64,000 nt of DNA from Candidatus Colwellbacteria bacterium. Its GTDB lineage: Bacteria; Patescibacteriota; Minisyncoccia; UBA6257; Colwellbacteraceae. The first letter of the stretch is position 1; each line of letters opens with the position of its first letter. Below the pieces are notes generated by a model. The model worked only from the letters and a program-made list of their open reading frames with translations, ran no database searches and was not told where the DNA came from. The DNA is taken from contig JACOWZ010000003.1 in assembly GCA_016176525.1 (NCBI GenBank), positions 459,357 to 523,356 of the forward strand. Reading direction: 5' to 3'. This document shows, piece after piece, positions 17,877 to 26,964 of this stretch. Position numbers and translations under genes: made by a program.

Positions 17877-18520
17877 CCCTTCACCTCCGCCATATTACTG
17901 GCATCAGCGACGCCTGACGGGTTCGCGAAGTTGTAGCCTTGGTCCCAAGCCGTGTTGAGGCCCGGGAATGTGCGTTTCATCGCCTTGATGCAGCCGTGGT
18001 CCATCGAGTTCGCCAGCGACAAGCTGGTCAACTCGACGCAGTAGACGACTTCGTTGTCTGTGTACTTGCACTCCGTATCCGAGTACCGGATCCAGTAGAA
18101 GCGCAGTTCCAATTTTTCGGCGCGCCATTGCTGGAGACTGTTGATTAGCTTGCTATCGTAGGGCAAGCCATATTTTGCTTCGTCGCCCGAGCCAGTGCCG
18201 TGGTCGTTGCGGAACTGGACACTCCACTTCATGTTCGAGCAGACACCTCCAACGTGCGGATAGCCATTGTTGTCGGGGCACGGCAAGATGGCCGTCGCTC
18301 TGTCCTCACCGCTGTAGGCGCTGTTGTCGGGGCTGCACGAGGTGTCCATGCCGTACTCCTGATACACTCGGGCAGGGATGTCCTGGCCGACGCCACCAGC
18401 GATGATGTTCATTGTGTTTGCTTTCACGGGGCCAGATTGTTCATCCGCACAGCCGGCGAGTAGGGCGGTTGCGATTACGGCGAGCGCGATGCTCACCGCC
18501 TTGGTTTTCATTTTCACGTT
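17873..18520 (-). CDS. Cys-rich lipoprotein of foreign GC-rich composition (start at GTG 18520 or ATG 18514)
   Basis: lipobox LLAGC after MK(M)KTKAVSIALAVIATA; AGGAGA 9 nt upstream of the GTG; GC-rich codon usage. Confidence 0.6.
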   Translation of the reverse strand, partial: NVKMKTKAVSIALAVIATALLAGCADEQSGPVKANTMNIIAGGVGQDIPARVYQEYGMDTSCSPDNSAYSGEDRATAILPCPDNNGYPHVGGVCSNMKWSVQFRNDHGTGSGDEAKYGLPYDSKLINSLQQWRAEKLELRFYWIRYSDTECKYTDNEVVYCVELTSLSLANSMDHGCIKAMKRTFPGLNTAWDQGYNFANPSGVADASNMAEVKG

Positions 18521-18613
18521 ACCATTTCTCCTTATGTGCAAACTTTCAGATTTTAAAAGGACATTCCTAAAGCCGCAAACGGCTTTGGAATTACCCTTTC
18601 ACCGTCTTCAGCT

Positions 18614-18641
18614 TGCGGCAATATTGTACATATAAATGCTT
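18614..18641 (-). promoter_or_regulatory. sigma-70-like promoter for the GC-rich operon (TTGACA-N16-TACAAT on the - strand)
   Basis: the reverse complement of 18614-18641 reads TTGACAaataagcatttatatgTACAAT; the roughly 90-nt leader carries the hairpin AAAGCCGUUUGCGGCUUU. Confidence 0.5.
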
Positions 18642-18743
18642 ATTTGTCAAATCTCCGCATGGGAAGAATACTTCATAAGGAGCCGCTATACTATGTTAAT
18701 AACGGGGTGGTATCATTAATTATGTCACCCAATTTCCGGTATT

Positions 18744-19220
18744 ATGAATATAAATACAAAAATACTTAATGCGCGGGATAAAAAGGATGCCAAGTTTTTG
18801 CGCAAAAAGACAGCTAAGTTTGACTTTAAAAAACACACTAAGAGTGAGATAACAAAGTTAGTGTCGCAAATGAAGGCTATAATGCTCAGTGCTAACGGCC
18901 AAGGGCTTGCAGCAAACCAAATAGGGCTGAATTCTTCTGTTTTCGTTGCGCAGGTTGACGGCAAATTTTATGCTGTTTTCAACCCCACAATCACTAAAGC
19001 AACGGAGGAAAAAGACACTTGGCAAGGCGAGGGGTGTTTGAGTTTGCCTGGAGTAACGGCGCCAACATACTCACCCGCTAAACTTACGCTTGAAGGCCAA
19101 GACAAAAATGGCAAGAAATTAAAGATAAAGGCTTGGGGAATGCTCGCGCTCACCTTCCAGCACGAGGTAGACCATCTCAATGGCAAATTATTTATTGATC
19201 GCAGGGTTGTAAATTCATAG
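18744..19220 (+). CDS. def: peptide deformylase
   Basis: GLAANQIG, EGCLSLPG and HEVDHLNG motifs. Confidence 0.9.
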   Translation: MNINTKILNARDKKDAKFLRKKTAKFDFKKHTKSEITKLVSQMKAIMLSANGQGLAANQIGLNSSVFVAQVDGKFYAVFNPTITKATEEKDTWQGEGCLSLPGVTAPTYSPAKLTLEGQDKNGKKLKIKAWGMLALTFQHEVDHLNGKLFIDRRVVNS

Positions 19221-19242
19221 TATCTTACGTTTGTCTGCTTCG

Positions 19243-19358
19243 CCATCCAGCCATACTCTACAAGTCACCGGCATAAAATTCTTACTGAATTTTTGCCTTT
19301 TTCTCGCCTTGTCAGGCTCCGAAGATGACTTTACGAGCATGGCTGGGCGGCTCATTAA
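19243..19358 (+). repeat. copy 3 of the structured intergenic repeat
   Basis: same outer arms as copy 1 (CCATACTCTACAAGTCA ... TGACTTTACGAGCATGGCTGGGCGG); both internal hairpins present with covarying stems; lies between def and fmt. Confidence 0.8.
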
Positions 19359-19387
19359 CTTTTACGAACTCTGATATAATCTTTGTT

Positions 19388-20233
19388 ATGAAATATATTT
19401 TTTTCGGAACTCCGCGGTTTGCGGAAATTGTCTTAAAAAAGCTGATTGATTCTGGTATGTTGCCAGTTGCGCTTGTGTGCAACCCCGACAAGCCGGTTGG
19501 CCGCAAAAAGGTTATTACTCCGCCACCCACCAAAAAACTACTCACTACTAACTACTCACTACCAACTGTTATTTTGCAGCCAGAAAAATTGGACGACGAG
19601 TTTCTAACTAGACTAAAGAAACTGAAGGCTGATTTCTATGTCGTTGCGGCTTATGCAAAGATTTTACCGAAAAAATTACTCCAGATTCCGCACCTTGGCG
19701 TAATCGGTGTGCATCCCTCGCTTTTGCCAAAGTATAGAGGTGCAACGCCAATACAGTCTGCAATTTTATCTGGTGGAGAGAAAACCGGCATTTCGCTTTA
19801 TTTAATAGACGAAGGAATGGACAGCGGCTCAATTCTCGCCCAGCGAGAATTAGAAATAGTAGATGTAGATTATCGAAAATTAGAAGAAGAATTAGCAGAA
19901 CTTGCTGGAGCAATGCTCGTAGAAACACTTCCAAAATTTGTTAAGGGTGAAATAAAACCCATGCCGCAAGATGATTCTAGAGCAACTTATACGCGCAAGT
20001 TTAAAACAGAAGATGGGTTTATTGATTCCGAGGCTTTGCGTAAGGCAGAAGCCGGTGATAAAAAGCTCGCAAAAGAAATATACAATAAAATTCGCGCCCT
20101 TAATCCCGAGCCGGGTGTTTACACAATAAAGAACGGCAAGCGTATTAAACTACTAAAAGCAAAGCTCGCCGAAAGTGGCGAGCTTATACTTTTAGAAATC
20201 CAGAAAGAAGGAGGTAAACCTCAAACTATCTAG
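19388..20233 (+). CDS. fmt: methionyl-tRNA formyltransferase (start moved to the ATG at 19388)
   Basis: MKYIFFGTPRFA...NPDKPVGR Fmt N-terminus; the tracked ORF start at 19325 would read through the repeat element; a TATAAT sits at 19371-19376. Confidence 0.85.
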   Translation: MKYIFFGTPRFAEIVLKKLIDSGMLPVALVCNPDKPVGRKKVITPPPTKKLLTTNYSLPTVILQPEKLDDEFLTRLKKLKADFYVVAAYAKILPKKLLQIPHLGVIGVHPSLLPKYRGATPIQSAILSGGEKTGISLYLIDEGMDSGSILAQRELEIVDVDYRKLEEELAELAGAMLVETLPKFVKGEIKPMPQDDSRATYTRKFKTEDGFIDSEALRKAEAGDKKLAKEIYNKIRALNPEPGVYTIKNGKRIKLLKAKLAESGELILLEIQKEGGKPQTI

Positions 20234-20729
20234 ATGCTTGGATTACCTGTGCTACTCCATCAATATCTTGTGCATCAGGAGCTGATACGGTAATTTGGCC
20301 GTTTGCATCTTGCAATACCTCATATTGGGTGTCGTAGTTAGTTGCGTCTGTCCATGTGCCTGTCTGCGGGTCTACCGGCAGAGAAGAAATATATGTTGGC
20401 ACTAGACAATCTGCAATGTCGTAGTCGCCCACCGTGCTGCTCATATTAATAGCAGCTGCAGGTATCGGTTCATCTGTCGCGTCTGCATCTGGGTCGCAAA
20501 CTGCAGGGACTCCACCTTGGCCGGCGGCCTCAAAATCACCCCCTCTTAGGTCAACTAATCTTTGGCCTATAGCGTTAAGAAGGGTGTTAACATCTGCGGT
20601 TCTTGTTGTGTTGTTAGCTTGGGCAAACTGCCTTGCGGGGTTTAGTGCAACAAGTACAACGCCAGCCAAAACGGCGATGATGCCTATAACTATCAAAAGC
20701 TCAATAAGTGTAAAACCTTTTTTGTTCAT
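20226..20729 (-). CDS. type IV pilin (probable major pilin)
   Basis: class III signal MNKKGFTLIELLIV with G|FTLIE cleavage/methylation site. Confidence 0.8.
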   Translation of the reverse strand: MNKKGFTLIELLIVIGIIAVLAGVVLVALNPARQFAQANNTTRTADVNTLLNAIGQRLVDLRGGDFEAAGQGGVPAVCDPDADATDEPIPAAAINMSSTVGDYDIADCLVPTYISSLPVDPQTGTWTDATNYDTQYEVLQDANGQITVSAPDAQDIDGVAQVIQASR

Positions 20730-20798
20730 TAATTCAATTGTATTTGTCGACCTTTTAAACTGTTTTAAATTATATCACAGCATTATCTAGTCTCAATG

Positions 20799-21218
20799 TT
20801 AAAAACTTTCTACTTCTTCCCACGACACAAGCGATAATGTTATGTTTTCTATAACTACATATAGGTTTGTAACTGCCTCCAATACAGTAGACGTTGCTTT
20901 AATGGCTTTTTTAGGCGGTATTTCAATAATATCTTCTATAGGCAGTATTGTGCATGAGTCTTGCCCGATATTTATGGTTTCGTTTCCAGCGTAGAGCGGG
21001 TTTTCGGAGAGCCGCAAGATAGCGGTATTTGCGCACGCCTTTGCGGCAGACGCGCTAATTTCTTTGTAGTAACTCTCTTGCACATTCCCCTGCCCTACAT
21101 AGCCGCGCCAGCTTACCGCGAGAACTATTGTTATAGTGAGTGCAGATATAAGGATTACGGAAGTGAGCGCAATATACCCGTTGTTATTCATGTAGGTAAA
21201 TGGTTGTTTCAAAAACAC
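20799..21218 (-). CDS. pilus-associated minor protein with N-terminal hydrophobic helix
   Basis: hydrophobic N-terminus (MNNNGYIALTSVILISALTITIVLAVS) without the G-F-T-L-I-E motif; inside the pilin operon. Confidence 0.4.
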   Translation of the reverse strand: MFLKQPFTYMNNNGYIALTSVILISALTITIVLAVSWRGYVGQGNVQESYYKEISASAAKACANTAILRLSENPLYAGNETINIGQDSCTILPIEDIIEIPPKKAIKATSTVLEAVTNLYVVIENITLSLVSWEEVESF

Positions 21219-21666
21219 GCTCGTTTTCTTCCAGATAATCCTGAATATCCAGATTAATTCTTACTCCTGCGGGCCTATCTCCCACCGAAGCAATGTGTGT
21301 AAACTCCAGATTAGAAATTATTGTTCTCTCGCTGTTTAATTCAAGCCACCCGCCATTATTTTTTTGAATGCGTATGTTGGTTCCGTTTAAATCAAACTCA
21401 ACGGGGTTATCGTTGTAGTTAAACCTATCTATAGATAGTGAGTCTCCAGATACGCCAGAAGCGGGGCTATTAATATCGCTTGCGCTTGCCATTGCCCATC
21501 GAAATTTACCCAATATAAAATTTGCTTCTTCTTCAACTGCGGCAATGCGCTCTATATCTTCACTCCCTAATATTATTTGATAAGTTGCCGAGAGTACAAA
21601 ACCAATGGTTAGGGCAAGTATCGCCGCGTAGATTATTGTTTCTATAAGAGTAAACCCCTTACGCAT
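21184..21666 (-). CDS. prepilin-type minor pilin/pseudopilin
   Basis: MRKGFTLIETIIYAAILAL prepilin N-terminus. Confidence 0.7.
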   Translation of the reverse strand: MRKGFTLIETIIYAAILALTIGFVLSATYQIILGSEDIERIAAVEEEANFILGKFRWAMASASDINSPASGVSGDSLSIDRFNYNDNPVEFDLNGTNIRIQKNNGGWLELNSERTIISNLEFTHIASVGDRPAGVRINLDIQDYLEENERVFETTIYLHE

Positions 21667-21667
21667 G

Positions 21668-23080
21668 TTATGGGCTGGAGGTTATTATCCGCAGAGCATC
21701 GTTGCTGCGCACTGCGGTGTAGACCAAGTTATTTTCGTAATCAATATCCATAATACTCTGTGGGAAGTTAAAGCTGCTCCAGAGCTGGATATCGTCCGGA
21801 TCGTCAGTTCTCCAAACCTGGAATTCTGTGTTTGAGTTTGTTGTGCCTATAAAAGAAAGGTAGTCGCGCGTGTATATTCCGTTTACGTCGCCGCCCGGAT
21901 TGCCCGAATCTTTTGGGTCCACTGCAGCCGGCACAGTTGCGTCTATTACCCTAAATCCATCAGAGGCAGAGTTTCTTCCAAAATAGGCCATATTTCCCGC
22001 CAAAAAGACGCTCTTGCCATCAGACCCGTCGGGGGCATCATATGACCCGACTTCGGTTATTGAGCCCGGCGTTGCAACGTCCAGCATTACAAGCTCTTTA
22101 TCGCTGGGTGACATTGCAATATGGGCAATTTCGTTTTGCATATGAATATTGTTTACATCCCCACCCACTTCGTAGCTGCCAGCAATTGTGGGTGTTAGCG
22201 GATTTGATACATCAATAATATAAAATTCGTTCCCATTACTTGCCGTCTTTGTGCCCAAATAAACCATATCATCGTAGAAGAAAATACTTAGCGCTTCTAC
22301 TCCGCCTTCTTCCTCCTCCCCTTCTCCAAAAGGAAGATTAAGAGAAGATGCCACCAGTGGAGCATTAATGTTTGATATATCTACCACAAAAAATTGTGTG
22401 TCTTCATCGCTCGCTGCTATGTATGCGTAGTCCGTGGCTGCGTCAACTGCATTGGCCCCGCTTATACCTAGATTGAGGCTAGATACTATAGATGGGTTTT
22501 CGCCATCTGTTGCGTCTATTATCCAAAAATCAGCGTGCGCAACTGCAGAAATTTTAGAGGTCATATAAACGATGCCGTTTATTGCATCTAAGCCTGTCCC
22601 TTGGTTGCCGTTTGGCGTTAAACTAATTGACCCTAGTGTTCTTGGATTTTGCCAATCGCCGGTTAGACCGCCTCCCCCGCCGTCGCCGCCAAGTTTTGTT
22701 ATTTCAAACGGGTCTGTTATTAAGCTTCTTAGTTCAACTTCTTCCGGGCGGTTTGGGTCTACATCCCAAATAACTTTTACAATAACTTCTTTTTCAAAAC
22801 TGCTTAAATCCACTATTGTCCGCTCTATTGTAAATAAGCTGCTATTATAGCTTCTTTCTATTACAGAGCTAAAGTCATCTTTTGCGTCTGCTAACACGCC
22901 TTCTAATTCTGCTCTTGCAAGCTGCAGTGCCTCGTTTCTGTTTTGTGTATCTATTGATACAGACTGGTTGCCAACCGCAACTATTACTATGGCGGATATT
23001 GTTATTGCGATAATCGCAAGAGCGACCAGAATTTCTACCAACACTTGCCCTTTCTTACCAACTAATTCTGCCTTCATCAT
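21668..23080 (-). CDS. large minor pilin: prepilin-like N-terminus fused to an LVIVD-repeat (beta-propeller-like) domain
   Basis: N-terminal GQVLVEILVALAI; at least four repeats of the form ...YxYIAxSDxxxFxVVDISNxxAPxxxxS / YLGTKTASNGNEFYIIDVSNPLTPT; poly-Gly linker GGDGGGGG. Confidence 0.6.
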   Translation of the reverse strand: MMKAELVGKKGQVLVEILVALAIIAITISAIVIVAVGNQSVSIDTQNRNEALQLARAELEGVLADAKDDFSSVIERSYNSSLFTIERTIVDLSSFEKEVIVKVIWDVDPNRPEEVELRSLITDPFEITKLGGDGGGGGLTGDWQNPRTLGSISLTPNGNQGTGLDAINGIVYMTSKISAVAHADFWIIDATDGENPSIVSSLNLGISGANAVDAATDYAYIAASDEDTQFFVVDISNINAPLVASSLNLPFGEGEEEEGGVEALSIFFYDDMVYLGTKTASNGNEFYIIDVSNPLTPTIAGSYEVGGDVNNIHMQNEIAHIAMSPSDKELVMLDVATPGSITEVGSYDAPDGSDGKSVFLAGNMAYFGRNSASDGFRVIDATVPAAVDPKDSGNPGGDVNGIYTRDYLSFIGTTNSNTEFQVWRTDDPDDIQLWSSFNFPQSIMDIDYENNLVYTAVRSNDALRIITSSP

Positions 23081-23483
23081 TTACCGATATAGTTCTTGAC
23101 CTTTTGTTATTGTCTAGTGTCAGGTCCCCTGCTGGGGTTGCAATGCCCTCAAGTTCACTAAATACAAATTCTTGGGTTCCAGAAATATTCACCACCACGG
23201 CTACAGGAATCTCTTCGTCGTAGTCTGGGTCCCTATTCGCATAAGAAGGTCCCCTGAAAAGCACATAATTTATGCCATCTGTGTAGAATCCATGCTCGGA
23301 CTCGCCAATGTTTGCCATGGCGCGCGTGCGTGCCCGCTGGATTAAGCTGACTGCTGTCCCTAAGTCAGCTTCCAGCGCATAAGTGCGGTATTGTTCTATT
23401 GCTACGAGCAGTCCCATACCGCCAAGAGCAGCCAAAATCCCAATTGCTATGACAATTTCTATTAAAGTAAACCCTTTTCTCAT
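23055..23483 (-). CDS. prepilin-type pseudopilin (GspH/FimT-like)
   Basis: MRKGFTLIEIVIAIGILAAL N-terminus. Confidence 0.7.
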   Translation of the reverse strand: MRKGFTLIEIVIAIGILAALGGMGLLVAIEQYRTYALEADLGTAVSLIQRARTRAMANIGESEHGFYTDGINYVLFRGPSYANRDPDYDEEIPVAVVVNISGTQEFVFSELEGIATPAGDLTLDNNKRSRTISVNDEGRISW

Positions 23484-24658
23484 CTTGTTGTGGGCCTAAT
23501 CCCCTGCGTTACCTCGTATATTGGCATTATTATAGATATTGCCACAAAGCCTACTAGCAAGCCCATAACAACCATTAAAATTGGCTCAAGTACACTTGAT
23601 AAATTCTTTACGGTTCCATCCAGTTCGTTTTCGTAGAACTCGGAGAGATATGCAAGGTTGGAGTCTAGGTTGCCTGTCTGTTCGCCGATTTGGACCATGC
23701 GCGTTACGGTCGGCGGAAAAAGAGAAGGGTGCTTATCAAACCTTTTGTAGAGCGCCTCGCCCCGTGTAACCTCTTCCGCGGCTTTTTTAAGGGATTCTTT
23801 GTAAACTAAATTTGCAACTGTGTCCGATGTTGCCGATATTGCCTCCACTATTTTTGTTCCACTTTTTAATAAAAGCCCGAGCGTGCGGGTAATGTTTGCC
23901 ATATTATAGTGTTTGGCCATTGTGCCGAATATCGGTATAAGAAGAATCATGCGGTGGTATACATATTTTATTACTTTTATTCTTAATAGCAGTGCAAAAC
24001 CTATTATAAAAACCACCAAACCAATTCCTATATAAATGTAATATTGCTGTATAAAGTTAGCCGAGGATATTAATATTTTTGTTGTTATCGGCAACTCTAC
24101 TTTTAAGCTTGTAAATATCGGCATTATTTTTGGGAGCACAAAGAAAACCAAGCCGCCGGAGACGCTAAGGGTCGCAACTAAAATTACCATCGGGTAAATT
24201 AAGGCAGAGCGCACTTTAGCATGTAGTTCGCTTTTTTTCTTTGTTTCTACTGCAAGATATTCCAAATTTTCGGGCAGTGTACCGCTTATCTCGCCAAGTT
24301 TTATAACGCCCACAAAAAGCTCGCCAAACGTACCCTTATATTTAGATAAGGATTCCGATAGAAACTGGCCGTTTTCTAGATCTATTCCAACTTTGTCTAG
24401 AATTTTTCCAAAACCGCGGCTTTTAATCTGGTTGCGAATAATCTTAATGCTCTCTATCTCGGACATTCCGGACTTTAACATTAGAGACAGATGTTTTGAA
24501 AAAAGCAGAAGTTCGTTTAAAGGCACTTTTGTAGGTAAAAGAAAAGAAAATTCAAAATGTTTTTTGGGGCGTTTGCTACCCTGCCTCGGTGGGACGGCCG
24601 CTTTTTCGTCGCTTGACTTTGTTTTAACAACTATGTCTTGCTGCATTCCTTTATTCAT
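23480..24658 (-). CDS. pilC: type IV pilus inner-membrane platform protein (GspF/PilC family)
   Basis: two GspF-type repeats; follows the assembly ATPase gene. Confidence 0.8.
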   Translation of the reverse strand: MNKGMQQDIVVKTKSSDEKAAVPPRQGSKRPKKHFEFSFLLPTKVPLNELLLFSKHLSLMLKSGMSEIESIKIIRNQIKSRGFGKILDKVGIDLENGQFLSESLSKYKGTFGELFVGVIKLGEISGTLPENLEYLAVETKKKSELHAKVRSALIYPMVILVATLSVSGGLVFFVLPKIMPIFTSLKVELPITTKILISSANFIQQYYIYIGIGLVVFIIGFALLLRIKVIKYVYHRMILLIPIFGTMAKHYNMANITRTLGLLLKSGTKIVEAISATSDTVANLVYKESLKKAAEEVTRGEALYKRFDKHPSLFPPTVTRMVQIGEQTGNLDSNLAYLSEFYENELDGTVKNLSSVLEPILMVVMGLLVGFVAISIIMPIYEVTQGIRPTTR

Positions 24659-25883
24659 GAATCACGCGCAGAATTTCTTCTAGCGATGTTATTCCCTCTT
24701 TTGCCTTATTGATGCCGTCTTGCAACATCGTGGTCATACCTTCACTTATGGCTATGCGTCGTATTTCTGCAGAGGATGCGCGCGCAACTATGGCATTCCT
24801 TATTGCCTCTGTCATCTCCAACACTTCGTGTATGCCGATTCTGCTTATGTAGCCGGTTTTGCTGCATTCTTTACAGCCAACCGGACTGTAGAAAATCTTG
24901 CTTTTGCCTAGATGTTCCATAGGGAATGTTTCCTTGAGGCTTTCTAGCTCTTTTTCTGTTAGCTCTTTTTTAAGCTTACATATGTTGCAAAGTTTGCGGA
25001 CCAGGCGCTGGCCTATTGCAATGTTTACTGTTGAGGCTATTAAGAACGGTTCTATTTCCATATCTAGCAAGCGCGGCAATGTAGTGGCGGCATCGTTTGT
25101 ATGTAGTGTAGATAGCAGCAGGTGGCCGGTCAACGCCGCGTTTACGGCGATGCCTGCGGTTTCGTTGTCGCGTATTTCGCCCACCATTATTATGTTTGGG
25201 TCTTGCCGGAGTATAGAGCGCAGGCCCCTTGCAAACGTAAGACCGGTTTGCGAATTAACTTGTATTTGGTCTACACCCTCCAAAGAATATTCTATAGGGT
25301 CTTCAATTGTTATTATAGAAACATCGGGATTATTTAGTTCTCTAAGTATTGTGTAGAGCGTTGTGGTTTTGCCGCTACCGGTTGGCCCTGTTGCCAGAAT
25401 CATTCCGTATGGCTTAGAAATCGCGTGGCGTATTGCTTTTATGTCTCTCTTTGAAAAGCCGATGTTCTCCAGATTAAAAGTCTCTCCTTGTTCTACTAAG
25501 AGCCTCAACACTGCGTTTTCGCCGTAGTGCGTGGGCATAATGGATACGCGAATATCAAACCGTGTTTTTTTGTCTTTTGTCATAAATTTAAACCTGCCGT
25601 CTTGTGGAGTGTTGTGTTCGTCGGTGCGGAGTCCCGAGAGCACTTTGATGCGGCTGATTATTTCTTGATGAATTTCTACTGGAACCGTAAAAGAATCTTG
25701 CAAAACCCCGTCTATGCGCACGCGCACCTTAAAGGCATTTTCTGTGGGGCTAAGGTGGATGTCGGAGGCGCGGGAGTCATATGCAAACTCTATTATAGAC
25801 TCCACAATGTTTATTATGGAGATTTCTGCAGAGGGCTTTGTTAGAGTTTGTTCTATAGAAGTTTTGGTTGAATTACCAAGCAT
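24651..25883 (-). CDS. pilB: type IV pilus assembly ATPase (GspE/PilB family, short form)
   Basis: Walker A ATGPTGSGKTTTL; C-terminal tetracysteine motif CNIC...CKEC typical of PilB/GspE. Confidence 0.75.
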   Translation of the reverse strand: MLGNSTKTSIEQTLTKPSAEISIINIVESIIEFAYDSRASDIHLSPTENAFKVRVRIDGVLQDSFTVPVEIHQEIISRIKVLSGLRTDEHNTPQDGRFKFMTKDKKTRFDIRVSIMPTHYGENAVLRLLVEQGETFNLENIGFSKRDIKAIRHAISKPYGMILATGPTGSGKTTTLYTILRELNNPDVSIITIEDPIEYSLEGVDQIQVNSQTGLTFARGLRSILRQDPNIIMVGEIRDNETAGIAVNAALTGHLLLSTLHTNDAATTLPRLLDMEIEPFLIASTVNIAIGQRLVRKLCNICKLKKELTEKELESLKETFPMEHLGKSKIFYSPVGCKECSKTGYISRIGIHEVLEMTEAIRNAIVARASSAEIRRIAISEGMTTMLQDGINKAKEGITSLEEILRVIHE

Positions 25884-25904
25884 GTATATAATTTTAGCAT
25901 ACGT

Positions 25905-26333
25905 ATGTGGAAGGCAATAATTACAATATTTTTGTTGGGGCTAATATTTATTGTGGTTCAAAAGGATGATATGCGGGTTTTATTTGGGGATACAGAGGTT
26001 ATAGTAGAGATAGCAGATACGGATGAAAAACGCGCGCTTGGACTTTCCGGCCGCGAGGAACTAAAAGATGACCATGGGATGCTTTTTATATTTGAGAACA
26101 AGCATATACCTGGCTTTTGGATGAAAGACATGAATTTCGCCATTGATATTATCTGGATCGGCGAAGATTTTATTGTGCGTGATATAACGCCAAATCTGCT
26201 GCCAGAAACCTATCCGCAAGCTTTTTATCCTAGAGAGCCGGTTTTGTATGTATTAGAGGTCTCCGCTGGCTGGGCAGCACGGCACAATATTGAAGTTGGC
26301 GCCACCCTGAATTTCGAGATTCAGGGTAATTAA
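25905..26333 (+). CDS. DUF192 domain protein with N-terminal TM helix
   Basis: ADTDEKRALGLSGRE..GMLFIF....FWMKDMNF.IDIIWI pattern. Confidence 0.6.
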   Translation: MWKAIITIFLLGLIFIVVQKDDMRVLFGDTEVIVEIADTDEKRALGLSGREELKDDHGMLFIFENKHIPGFWMKDMNFAIDIIWIGEDFIVRDITPNLLPETYPQAFYPREPVLYVLEVSAGWAARHNIEVGATLNFEIQGN

Positions 26334-26471
26334 GGATATTGAGGTGATGGAGAAGGGTGACGCCCTGTAGATTCTTTTGCTACACTCCTTTTTTATGTAA
26401 GTGTCAATGGGTTGATTCGTCATGTTAAACAAAAGGTCGCATTATTACAAATTATAAAAATCAAGAGAATC

Positions 26472-26834
26472 ATGAAAAAACTTACTGGTTTTATAGCTCT
26501 TTTCGGATTTGCAACTCTTATGGTTTTAACAGCCGCTGCGCAGACTAACGGCGCTTATAACTACATTGATACGGAGGGTTATGTTAAGAGAATACAAGCT
26601 CAAAGCGCCGAAGATGCGCTAGCACTCTCGGTGAATGATGCCTCTGTACACAGTGGAGTAATACATAATCCAAACCCACTCAGTGTTGGCGACAGGTTTG
26701 CGTTTAAGTATATGTATGTTGCTTCAGACGGCACTCTTAAAAGTGTTGAAGCTGCAACCGCAGATGATGCTGCAGTGCTTGCCGTAGATAGAGATCCGAA
26801 CAGTGGTTTTTGGCTAAGGGATAAAGCTAATTAA
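26472..26834 (+). CDS. small secreted hypothetical protein (ATG at 26472)
   Basis: signal peptide MKKLTGFIALFGFATLMVLTAAAQ; no family assignment. Confidence 0.4.
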   Translation: MKKLTGFIALFGFATLMVLTAAAQTNGAYNYIDTEGYVKRIQAQSAEDALALSVNDASVHSGVIHNPNPLSVGDRFAFKYMYVASDGTLKSVEAATADDAAVLAVDRDPNSGFWLRDKAN

Positions 26835-26964
26835 TCCCTTTTACCTTTATGCCTTGTTCATGTATTGGGCCCACAACAGATACAGCGCGAGATCTATCTT
26901 CAAAAGATGAGTCTCGCGCTGATGTAATAGTAGAAGTTAGTGTAGAAGAATACGTTGAAGTAAA

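Noticed and set aside
17873-18520. ADP-ribosyltransferase toxin A-subunit (cholera/pertussis-like) for the GC-rich lipoprotein, with the 133-aa neighbour as B-subunit
   Set aside because: A short LTSLSLA stretch resembles the STS motif and the neighbour has B-subunit size. There is no catalytic E-x-E or Q-x-E downstream, the Arg motif is doubtful, and the protein ends too early. This is treated as chance similarity.
17512-18635. Numerous tracked ORFs antisense to or overlapping the GC-rich operon (17512..17727, 17904..18128, 17939..18148, 18175..18405, 18200..18463, 18378..18635)
   Set aside because: High GC suppresses stop codons on all frames. These ORFs are Arg/Pro/Cys-rich with no start context and overlap the signal-peptide-bearing genes. 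They are treated as artefacts.
19325-19387. Tracked start of fmt at 19325
   Set aside because: That start would translate through the structured repeat copy 3. The conserved Fmt N-terminus begins at the ATG at 19388, just downstream of a TATAAT.
26412-26471. N-terminal 20 codons of the tracked ORF 26412..26834
   Set aside because: A typical signal peptide begins at the internal ATG at 26472, so the shorter form was adopted. The same logic applies to 28526 versus 28562 and to the adk and secY starts.
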